From Minisyncoccota bacterium (lineage in GTDB: Bacteria > Patescibacteriota > Minisyncoccia > Phycocordibacterales > Phycocordibacteraceae), in assembly GCA_041658485.1 (NCBI GenBank), contig JBBAAE010000003.1:10300-74299 (forward strand): DNA of 64,000 bases. Reading direction: 5' to 3'. The position numbers and the translations under genes were made by a program. Of the stretch, positions 9,919 through 17,671 are shown piece by piece; positions within the stretch are counted from its first letter, which is position 1, and the number at the start of each line of letters is the position of its first letter. Under the pieces are notes generated by a model, which worked only from the letters and a program-made list of their open reading frames with translations, was not told the DNA's origin and made no database searches.

Positions 9919-11127
9919 ATGCTCTTTAAATACCAAGCAATTGATGCAAGTGGAGCAAAGCAAGAGGGGAGTATTGATGCAATATCCCGTGATGTTGCTA
10001 TTGCTTCGCTCCAGCGTCGCTCACTCACTATCTCAGCAATTGAAGAGTCTGATCCTGAAAAAAAATCTTTGTTGGGCGGTATTACTTTGTTTGAAAGTGT
10101 TACGAATCGCGACATTGTTTTATTGTCACGCCAAATCGCGACATTGTTCGAAGCTCAAGTGTCCGCGCTTCGCGTGTTTCGTCTTCTTGCATCAGAATCT
10201 GAGAAGCCTCTTTTGGGCCGAGTCTTGACTGAGGTAGGAGATGATCTTCAGTCAGGTAGTCCAATATCTAAAGCGTTATCAAAACACCCGAAAGTTTTTA
10301 GTGCATTTTATGTGAACATGGTGAAAGCTGGCGAGGAGTCAGGCAAGCTTGATGAGACATTTCTCTATCTTGCCGATTACCTCGATCGATCATACGAAGT
10401 GATGAGTAAGGCAAAAAATGCACTCATCTATCCCGCCTTTGTTATAGCGACATTTTTTGTAGTTATGATTCTTATGATGACCATGGTCATCCCACGTATT
10501 TCTTCCATTCTTATCGATGCAGGACAAGCAATACCCGTGTACACGCAGGTAGTTATATCTATCAGTAACTTTTTTGTGAACTACGGAGTGTTCCTTCTCA
10601 TACTTCTCGTTGTTGGAGGCATATTTCTTTTCCGCTATGCAGGTACTCCTCAAGGACGCGCATCATTCAGTGCTTTTGAGCTCGCTATTCCCTATGTGGG
10701 CGATTTATACAAGAAGCTTTATCTATCGCGCATCGCTGACAACCTTGCCACGATGCTTGGGTCGGGTATTTCTGTGGTGCAAGCTGTTGACGTGACGGCA
10801 AATGTTGTAGGCAATGCAGTCTATGCAGATATTTTGCAGGAAGTCGCAAATTCAGTGAAGGGAGGAGGTTCAGTATCTGGAGCTCTCGAAAAACGTAAAG
10901 AGGTACCTGGGATTATGGTTGCAATGATGCGCGTCGGTGAAGAGACGGGTGAATTAGGTAGTATCTTAAAGACTCTTGCGAAGTTTTATCAGCGAGAGGT
11001 TTCAACGAGCGTAGATACACTCGTTGGTCTTATTGAGCCAATTATGATTGTGACTTTAGGTTTGGGGGTTGGTATACTGTTGGCATCGGTCTTGGTGCCG
11101 ATCTACAATCTCTCCGCCGCTATTTAA
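9919..11127 (+). CDS. pilC: Type IV pilus inner-membrane platform protein PilC (GspF family)
   Basis: Two GspF repeats with 3 TM segments, 402 aa. Confidence 0.85.
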   Translation: MLFKYQAIDASGAKQEGSIDAISRDVAIASLQRRSLTISAIEESDPEKKSLLGGITLFESVTNRDIVLLSRQIATLFEAQVSALRVFRLLASESEKPLLGRVLTEVGDDLQSGSPISKALSKHPKVFSAFYVNMVKAGEESGKLDETFLYLADYLDRSYEVMSKAKNALIYPAFVIATFFVVMILMMTMVIPRISSILIDAGQAIPVYTQVVISISNFFVNYGVFLLILLVVGGIFLFRYAGTPQGRASFSAFELAIPYVGDLYKKLYLSRIADNLATMLGSGISVVQAVDVTANVVGNAVYADILQEVANSVKGGGSVSGALEKRKEVPGIMVAMMRVGEETGELGSILKTLAKFYQREVSTSVDTLVGLIEPIMIVTLGLGVGILLASVLVPIYNLSAAI

Positions 11128-11150
11128 AAGTGTATATTAATATAAATTCC

Positions 11151-11603
11151 ATGAACCTTGCTTCAACAAAACGAGGCTTCACCCTTATCGAACTCCTCGT
11201 TGTTATTGCCATCATCGGTATTCTTTCGTCCGTCGTGTTGGCATCTCTCAACACTGCTCGTTTGAAATCACGCGATGCGCGTCGTATTTCGGACATTAAG
11301 CAGTTGCAAATCGCACTCGCTCTTTATTCTGACTCAAACTCTTCAGCATACCCAACGACACTTGCAGGTCTTGCCCCTACCTACATCGGCGTTGTTCCTA
11401 CTGATCCTGTAGGCAACGTAGCCTATAGATACGCAGCACTTGGTACTGGCGCTTCTTGTACGAATTACCATCTCGGCGCAACCTTTGAAGAGACTACCAA
11501 CCAAGCTCTGACTGGAGACATCGATGCAGCTGCAGGTACCATTTGTACTGGCTCCAGTGCCGACTTTGCAGGTACGGACCCAATCTTTGATGTGAAGCCG
11601 TAG
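11151..11603 (+). CDS. pilA: Type IV major pilin with a short leader
   Basis: ATG at 11151 gives MNLASTKRG|FTLIELLVVIAIIGIL, the class III signal and N-methylation motif. Confidence 0.8.
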   Translation: MNLASTKRGFTLIELLVVIAIIGILSSVVLASLNTARLKSRDARRISDIKQLQIALALYSDSNSSAYPTTLAGLAPTYIGVVPTDPVGNVAYRYAALGTGASCTNYHLGATFEETTNQALTGDIDAAAGTICTGSSADFAGTDPIFDVKP

Positions 11604-11697
11604 GGAAGCAGGGGATAGCGTTTAGGATATAGGGGTTAGGGAAGAGCCCTGAGTTAGAAGTTCCCCTAAACACTAAACGCTACACCCTAACCCCTGC
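11601..11697. repeat. REP-like imperfect-palindrome repeat (TTAGGG/CCCTAA-type units)
   Basis: gcaggggatagcgtttaggatataggggttaggg ... cccctaaacactaaacgctacaccctaacccctgc; the two halves are inverted copies. Fills the pilA-pilD intergenic region. Confidence 0.65.
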
Positions 11698-11704
11698 TCT
11701 CTGT

Positions 11705-12550
11705 ATGCTTGAAGTACTTCTCCCACTTTTTGTGTTTGGTATAGGGCTATGCGTTGGGAGTTTTGTTAATGTTCAAATATTTCGCTTTGGTTTTGGCGAG
11801 CATGCTCGTTCTCGTTCATGTTGTATGGCATGTGACATGCCAATCTCTTGGTATGACCTGATTCCTATTTTCTCATATGTCGCACTGTCAGGCAGGTGTC
11901 GTGCATGTGGAAGCGCGCTTTCAACTCAATATCCATTGATTGAGGGTATAGTTGGATTTCTGTTTTTGGTAGCATTTTTAATAATGCCACCAGTCTTATC
12001 GCTTTGGTCAATTCTGGCATTCACCATGCTCCTTGTTTTTATTGCATCTTTGGTGGCCTTAGTTGTATACGACATACGACACACTTTAGTGCCTATGCCT
12101 TTTATCTATATGCTCGTAGGTTCTGCACTTCTCGCATCTATTTCACAAAGTTTGTTTAGCGATTCGTTTTTTCCACTTATTGATTCTCTTATTGGAGGGG
12201 CAATCTTGTTTGGTGGTTTTTTCGGTATTGTACTTGTTACCCGTGGGCGAGGTATGGGCGTAGGTGATGCGTATGTTGTTGGTGCGGCCGGCCTCTTGCT
12301 CGGACTGTTTCGAGGTATCGAATCAGTTATGTTCGGAGTCTGGTCTGCAACAATTGTTTATTTGATAATTTTTCTTTTATCCTCTATTCATTCAAAAAAA
12401 AGATTGTTGCCTCACGGTGCTCGGGTTACCATGAAAACAGAGTTGCCGTTCGTGCCATTTCTTGCTTTTGGCATTGGCCTCGCTCTCTTCACGACGCTTT
12501 CACCACTCTCACTTGGGTCGTGGCTCGCCAATCTATTATGGTTTCAATAA
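11705..12550 (+). CDS. pilD: Prepilin peptidase PilD (A24 family)
   Basis: N-terminal CxxC...CxxC zinc-binding domain (CMACDMPISW...CRACGSAL), multi-TM body with conserved Asp-containing loops. Confidence 0.85.
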   Translation: MLEVLLPLFVFGIGLCVGSFVNVQIFRFGFGEHARSRSCCMACDMPISWYDLIPIFSYVALSGRCRACGSALSTQYPLIEGIVGFLFLVAFLIMPPVLSLWSILAFTMLLVFIASLVALVVYDIRHTLVPMPFIYMLVGSALLASISQSLFSDSFFPLIDSLIGGAILFGGFFGIVLVTRGRGMGVGDAYVVGAAGLLLGLFRGIESVMFGVWSATIVYLIIFLLSSIHSKKRLLPHGARVTMKTELPFVPFLAFGIGLALFTTLSPLSLGSWLANLLWFQ

Positions 12551-13158
12551 AAAAAAAGCCTTCAGCTTTCAGCCTTCAGCTTTCAGGGGGGATTAAAAAA
12601 TCTTTTGTCGTTCGTGGTTTAACGCTCATTGAGCTTCTTGTAGTGATGGGTATTTTCTCTATCATTTCGCTCGTTGTTCTTGCTAATCACTCTCGCTTCA
12701 ATAGTTCAGTTCTTCTTGGAAGTCTTGCATATGATATTGCGTTATCGATTCGTGAAGCACAGGTGTATGGCTTGTCTGTAAAACAATATGGTAGTAATTT
12801 CCAAGTTGGATACGGTCTCCGTTTTGCCGGTGCATCCTCGTATACATTTTTTGTTGATACAAATGCAAATAAACGCTATGACAGCGGGGTTGATTCAATT
12901 GTGCAGACATTTTCAATTAGTCGTGGCCACACCGTGAAAAGTTTTTGCGGTATCACGGCGAGTGGAGTTCAGGAATGTTCTCCGAGCGGGATTGATCATT
13001 TAGATGTTGTCTTTTTTAGACCTGACCCAGATGCTCTATTTTCTTCCAATACTTCTACCGTGTATTCAAGTGGTCAAATAGTAGTTACATCTCCGACAGG
13101 GGAAACGCGCACCGTTAAAGTTGCTTCAACGGGTCAGATTTCGGTAACAAATCCATGA
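12538..13158 (+). CDS. Minor pilin (pseudopilin 1) with a long leader
   Basis: Leader MVSIKKKPSAFSLQLSGGIKKSFVVRG|LTLIELLVVMGIF. The leader is encoded by (GCYTTCA)x4 tandem heptamers. Overlaps the pilD stop. Confidence 0.7.
   Translation: MVSIKKKPSAFSLQLSGGIKKSFVVRGLTLIELLVVMGIFSIISLVVLANHSRFNSSVLLGSLAYDIALSIREAQVYGLSVKQYGSNFQVGYGLRFAGASSYTFFVDTNANKRYDSGVDSIVQTFSISRGHTVKSFCGITASGVQECSPSGIDHLDVVFFRPDPDALFSSNTSTVYSSGQIVVTSPTGETRTVKVASTGQISVTNP
12559..12586. repeat. Tandem heptanucleotide repeat inside the pseudopilin-1 leader coding region
   Basis: gccttca gctttca gccttca gctttca (4 units, 28 nt). Confidence 0.75.
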
Positions 13159-13844
13159 AAAAAACTACGCAAAGCACCTATACGAAAGACCACTCCGGGG
13201 CGTTTGCCCGAGTCTCAGTCTTTCGTATAGGTGCTTTGCTCCGCACGGGTGGAAAGGGAACAGCGCGGGGATTCACTCTGATTGAGATGATGGTTGCGGT
13301 AACAATATTCGCCATTGTTATGATGATTGGGGTTGGTGGGTTATTGTCGCTTGTGGCTACAAACCATCGTGCGCAGGCAATCCATTCAGTCATGAACAAC
13401 CTGAGTGCAGCAGTCGAAGGTATGTCACGATCCATTCGTGTAGGCACCTTATATAATTGTGTTACTTCTGCCACAACACCCCCATCCCCTCCGCCATCTT
13501 CAACAATTGCAAATCCACAAGATTGCGCTTTGGGTGGAGCTCGTCTTCTTGCGTTTGAGTCGTCAACGGGCAATTTGACCGACGCGAATGACCAAGTTGT
13601 CTATCGGTTAAATGGTACACAACTTGAGCGTTCTTTGCGTGGCGGTGCTAACGGTAGTTGGATTGCGATTACTGCGCCCGAAGTTTCAATTGATAGCTTT
13701 GATTTTTATGTTGTTGGCTCAGCGAAAGGAGATGGTATACAGCCCCGTGTTCTTATGCGCATTAAGGGTTCGGCGGTAGTTCCGGGGGGTACAACTACAT
13801 TTACCGTGCAGGCAAGTGTTGTTCAACGCGTTCTTGATATTTAA
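13155..13844 (+). CDS. Minor pilin (pseudopilin 2) with a roughly 40-aa leader
   Basis: ...GKGTARG|FTLIEMMVAVTIFAIVMMIG. ATGA overlap with the upstream gene. Confidence 0.7.
   Translation: MKKTTQSTYTKDHSGAFARVSVFRIGALLRTGGKGTARGFTLIEMMVAVTIFAIVMMIGVGGLLSLVATNHRAQAIHSVMNNLSAAVEGMSRSIRVGTLYNCVTSATTPPSPPPSSTIANPQDCALGGARLLAFESSTGNLTDANDQVVYRLNGTQLERSLRGGANGSWIAITAPEVSIDSFDFYVVGSAKGDGIQPRVLMRIKGSAVVPGGTTTFTVQASVVQRVLDI
13170..13238. repeat. 21-bp perfect inverted repeat inside the pseudopilin-2 leader coding sequence
   Basis: caaagcacctatacgaaagac (13170-13190) and gtctttcgtataggtgctttg (13218-13238), separated by a 27-nt spacer. Confidence 0.8.
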
Positions 13845-13847
13845 TTT

Positions 13848-14414
13848 ATGAAAAACAACCAGCTTTCAGGTTTCAGCTTTCAGCTTTCAGGTTCTAGACA
13901 GGCGAACACAATTCGTGCTTTCACATTAATTGAAACATTTGTTGCAATTACCGTATTGTTAATTTCTCTCGTCGGACCTCTTTCAATTGCGGCACAATCT
14001 CTTCGTCTCGCATATTACGCACGGGATCAAGTGACTGCTTTTTATCTTGCACAGGAAGCGGTGGAATATGTGAGAGCCGAGCGCGATCAAAACTATCTTG
14101 CTAATGCGCCGTGGCTTACTAATCTTGGTGACTGTGTGGGGGCGTCATGCGTGGTTGATTTTCCTCGCTTTACCCACAGTGCATGTGGCGTTCTGAGTAC
14201 CTGCCCTCCTATATATATAAGTAGTGCAACAAAATTATACAATCAGGACGCAACGAGCGGGCCTGCATCAGCCTTTACTAGAGTCCTTTCTATTACGCCA
14301 GTTGTAGGCAGTGTTGATGAAGTAATAGTGAAGGTGAGGATCTCTTGGGTGTCGGTTGGAATCAATAGATCATTTCAGGTTACTGAGCATCTTTTTAATT
14401 GGGCAGGACCATGA
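13848..14414 (+). CDS. Minor pilin (pseudopilin 3)
   Basis: Leader MKNNQLSGFSFQLSGSRQANTIRA|FTLIETFVAITVLLISL. Leader encoded by 5 tandem heptamers. Confidence 0.7.
   Translation: MKNNQLSGFSFQLSGSRQANTIRAFTLIETFVAITVLLISLVGPLSIAAQSLRLAYYARDQVTAFYLAQEAVEYVRAERDQNYLANAPWLTNLGDCVGASCVVDFPRFTHSACGVLSTCPPIYISSATKLYNQDATSGPASAFTRVLSITPVVGSVDEVIVKVRISWVSVGINRSFQVTEHLFNWAGP
13861..13895. repeat. Tandem heptanucleotide repeat inside the pseudopilin-3 leader coding region
   Basis: agctttc aggtttc agctttc agctttc aggttct (5 units). Confidence 0.75.
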
Positions 14415-14947
14415 GTATGAAAGAAAAAACAGGTTTCAGGTTTCAGGTTTCAGGTGCGAGTTCATTAACTCCAAAAGCCTTTTCTCGTACCTCACGGGGA
14501 TTCACTCTTTTGCTCGCAGTATTGATTAGTAGCATACTCATTGCTATTGGTTCGGCAATTTTTAATATTCTTTCAAAAGAAATTATTCTTTCGTCGTCAG
14601 GTCGTGAGTCACAATTTGCTTTTTTTGCAGCTGACAGCGGAATCGAGTGCGCTCTCTATTGGGATACAAAACAGAATGCATTTGCAACAACATCAGCACT
14701 CACACAAGTTGCCTGTGGAGGCGGTTTGGCAGACTTAACGCGCACCTCAGGGGGCACTCTACTCCGACCAACATACACAACGGTGTTTTCTTTTCCGCTT
14801 GACGGAGGAGAGGCTAATCCTTGTATTACCGTGACGGTTGCCAAAACCTTTTATCCAACCGAAACAATTATTGCCTCGCAAGGTTACAACACATGCGTTA
14901 CGACGAATCCGCTCCGTCTTGAGCGCGCCATTCGAGTACAGTATTAA
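14411..14947 (+). CDS. Minor pilin (pseudopilin 4)
   Basis: MSMKEKTGFRFQVSGASSLTPKAFSRTSRG|FTLLLAVLISSILIAIG. ATGA overlap. Leader contains (AGGTTTC)x3. Confidence 0.7.
   Translation: MSMKEKTGFRFQVSGASSLTPKAFSRTSRGFTLLLAVLISSILIAIGSAIFNILSKEIILSSSGRESQFAFFAADSGIECALYWDTKQNAFATTSALTQVACGGGLADLTRTSGGTLLRPTYTTVFSFPLDGGEANPCITVTVAKTFYPTETIIASQGYNTCVTTNPLRLERAIRVQY
14431..14451. repeat. Tandem heptanucleotide repeat inside the pseudopilin-4 leader coding region
   Basis: aggtttc aggtttc aggtttc (3 perfect units). Confidence 0.75.
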
Positions 14948-15066
14948 TTTTGGAAACTATGGAGTGGAAAAAAGTTACAAAATTTTCGCAGGTGGTAGCT
15001 ATCATTTTATTTGTTGGAGTATTTTTTCTTGGTTTTTATCTTGGGAAAATGTCGGTAAGTGTTTAG

Positions 15067-15324
15067 ATGTCCCACTTTGTTTATATTTTAGAGTGTGCTG
15101 ATACGAGCCTATATATTGGGTCTACTGTTGATTTGGAAAAACGAGTCCATCAGCATAATCATGCCTCATCAGGTGCCCACTATACAAAAATTAGGAGGCC
15201 TGTTGTGCTGAAATACACAGAAATATGCACAAGCTTTGCACAGGCTCGTGCTCGTGAAGCAGAACTGAAAAGACTAACTCGAGAAGAAAAAATTATACTT
15301 ATACACAGGAGTACTGAGAAATGA
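15067..15324 (+). CDS. Small GIY-YIG nuclease-family protein (UPF0213-like)
   Basis: VYILECADTSLYIGSTVDLEKRVHQHN... matches the GIY-YIG motif. 85 aa. Confidence 0.7.
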   Translation: MSHFVYILECADTSLYIGSTVDLEKRVHQHNHASSGAHYTKIRRPVVLKYTEICTSFAQARAREAELKRLTREEKIILIHRSTEK

Positions 15325-15378
15325 TTGTATAAACGGAAAGAGTTTTAGATACAGCAAAATGAGATTGTAGGGTACCCT

Positions 15379-17052
15379 GTGTCGATGACGCAGAATGATG
15401 CACTCACGATTTTGAAGACGGGCGCTAATGTTTTTTTGACGGGTGAACCTGGAAGCGGAAAGACTCACACTGTAAATGCATATGTAGCATGGCTTCGAGA
15501 TAAAGGAATTGAACCTGCCATCACCGCATCAACGGGCATTGCAGCGACACACATTGGAGGCATTACATTACACTCTTGGAGTGGTATCGGTATTGCAGAG
15601 CGTTTATCAGAGCAGGATATCGATGCCATTGCGGGGAAAGAACATGTGGCGAGGCGAATAACAAAATCGCGCATACTCATCATTGATGAAATTTCTATGC
15701 TATCGGGAGAAACCTTAGCGCTAGCAGAAGCAGTGGTACGAGAAGTACATCGAAGTCAGGAAGTGTTTGGTGGTATTCAGGTGATTTTTGTTGGTGATTT
15801 TTTTCAACTTCCACCAGTTTCTAAACGAGGTGCTTCGCGGGCATCTTTTGCTTTTGAGTCTGCCGTCTGGAAGGCAGTAAATCCAATTGTTTGTTACCTC
15901 ACTGAACAGCATAGGCAAGAAGATGAAATATTTCTTTCTGCCCTCGCTTCCATTAGGTCGGGCGTTGCTGACGAAGAGACCTTACTGTGTTTTCAAGACA
16001 GAGCGGTGTCTCCGAATGATGTCTCACATAAAATTCCGCGTCTCTTCGCACATAATATGGATGTCGATCGTATTAATGCGGACGCACTTGCCAAACTTAA
16101 AGGTCAGCCGACGGAATTTGCGATGACCGCACAAGGAAGTGACAATCTCGTCCTTGGCCTCAAGCGGGGATGTTTGTCTCCTGAGAAGCTTTTTCTTAAG
16201 AAGGATGCGGTAGTGATGTGTACGAAGAACAATCCGAACATTGGTTTTGCAAATGGTACGCTCGGAGTGGTTATTGGATTTAATGAAGAAAATACGTACC
16301 CAATTATAAAAACAAAAGATGGGCACGTATTTACTGTGGAACCTATGGAATGGGCTGTGGAGCAGGATGGAAAAGTGCGCGCACGAATTACTCAAGTACC
16401 ACTCAGGCTTGCATGGGCAATGACCATACATAAGAGTCAGGGGATGAGTATGGATGCTGCTGCTATAGACCTCTCTCAAGTATTCGAGCATGGGCATGGG
16501 TATGTTGCTCTCTCAAGGGTACGAACTCTCCGAGGGCTTCATCTTCTAGGGTGGAGCGAGCGGGCACTCTTGGTGCACCCGCGAGTGGCTGAACAGGATG
16601 CACAATTTCGTATTAAGTCTGAGGATGCAAGGGCAGTTTTCGAGGAGATGAGTGATGCAGAGCATGCGGGTATGGAAGAAAATTTTATTCGTGCATGCGG
16701 AGGAACACTTGAAGCAGAGAAGAATATTCACACTAAAAAAGAAAAATCCAGCACACTCTCTAAAACACTTATCCTGATACAGGAAGGTCACTCCATCTCT
16801 GATATTGCTAAGATACGATCGTTAAAAGTAGGAACACTTATTGACCATGTTGAAAAAATAGTAGAGCGGGGTTTATGTGAAGTGAATGATATACAAAATA
16901 TTTTTTCGATGAGTATTATAGAGGCCTTGCCGGTTATTCACGAGGTATTTGAGCGGGAAGGATCGGAACGACTTTCTCCGATATTTGAGCATTTTAAGGG
17001 CATGTACTCGTATGAAGATCTTCGTATTGCCCGTCTATTTTTTAAGCAATAG
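15379..17052 (+). CDS. PIF1/RecD-like ATP-dependent DNA helicase with a C-terminal HTH domain
   Basis: Walker A GEPGSGKTHTV, Walker B LIIDEISML, helicase motifs (VGDFFQLPPV, AMTIHKSQG). C-terminal HTH-like segment LIQEGHSISDIAKIRSLKVGTLIDHVEKIV. Confidence 0.8.
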   Translation: MSMTQNDALTILKTGANVFLTGEPGSGKTHTVNAYVAWLRDKGIEPAITASTGIAATHIGGITLHSWSGIGIAERLSEQDIDAIAGKEHVARRITKSRILIIDEISMLSGETLALAEAVVREVHRSQEVFGGIQVIFVGDFFQLPPVSKRGASRASFAFESAVWKAVNPIVCYLTEQHRQEDEIFLSALASIRSGVADEETLLCFQDRAVSPNDVSHKIPRLFAHNMDVDRINADALAKLKGQPTEFAMTAQGSDNLVLGLKRGCLSPEKLFLKKDAVVMCTKNNPNIGFANGTLGVVIGFNEENTYPIIKTKDGHVFTVEPMEWAVEQDGKVRARITQVPLRLAWAMTIHKSQGMSMDAAAIDLSQVFEHGHGYVALSRVRTLRGLHLLGWSERALLVHPRVAEQDAQFRIKSEDARAVFEEMSDAEHAGMEENFIRACGGTLEAEKNIHTKKEKSSTLSKTLILIQEGHSISDIAKIRSLKVGTLIDHVEKIVERGLCEVNDIQNIFSMSIIEALPVIHEVFEREGSERLSPIFEHFKGMYSYEDLRIARLFFKQ

Positions 17053-17105
17053 GCTGTCTATAAGAGGTTTTTTCTATGCGGTAGGCGGTATGTTACGCTA
17101 GAGAA

Positions 17106-17618
17106 ATGATTAAAATAGGACTCATAGCTACTATCGGAGTAGGAATAGTTGTTATTGGTGCAGGATTTCTTTTCTTGCAACCGCAAGCAAAGCCACAGGG
17201 AGTAGCATGTACTATGGAGGCTAAAATCTGCCCAGATGGAAGCGCAGTTGGCCGAGCTGGTCCACAGTGCGAATTTACAGCGTGCCCTACTCCAACAATG
17301 ACTTGGAGTTTTGTTGATGTTGGTGAAGATACAGTGCAGGGAATACCTCATACTGAGGTAATTTTTGCGATGAATGACAAGAAATATAGTGCGGGTACCT
17401 ATGAAGGTAACTGTACGGACATTAAGAATTCAAGTTGGCAGCTTGTGGCAGGTGAGCAGGCAGGCGCCATCTGCTGGTGGGCAGGCGGAGGCACGGAGCT
17501 CGGTGTCTTTGAGGAAGGTGGTCAGTTGGTTATCAAAAAGGGATTGTTAGATGAGGGTGGTGCTGAAACGCCAGGTATTCGTGGTAATTTCGAAACGCTC
17601 TTAAGGCTCGTGCCATAG
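17106..17618 (+). CDS. Hypothetical membrane-anchored or secreted Cys-containing protein
   Basis: N-terminal TM (IGLIATIGVGIVVIGAGFLFL), then a Cys-rich segment (CTMEAKICPDG...CEFTACP). Confidence 0.4.
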   Translation: MIKIGLIATIGVGIVVIGAGFLFLQPQAKPQGVACTMEAKICPDGSAVGRAGPQCEFTACPTPTMTWSFVDVGEDTVQGIPHTEVIFAMNDKKYSAGTYEGNCTDIKNSSWQLVAGEQAGAICWWAGGGTELGVFEEGGQLVIKKGLLDEGGAETPGIRGNFETLLRLVP

Positions 17619-17671
17619 TTATTTTTTTGTACCATGGGTTTTTCTATAGTTTTCCAAGTGCGCGTTTGAAT

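Noticed and set aside
11601-11640. gggaagcagggg within the REP-like repeat considered as an SRP RNA (4.5S) domain IV motif
   Set aside because: Only a partial match (GGAAGCAGG). It lacks the surrounding helix 8 context and is part of a multi-copy repeat family.
14838-15101. 87-aa ORF spanning the pseudopilin-4/GIY-YIG intergenic region
   Set aside because: It overlaps the 3' end of the pseudopilin gene and the GIY-YIG start, and has no motifs. A shorter 35-aa TM ORF (about 14960-15066) is possible but unsupported.
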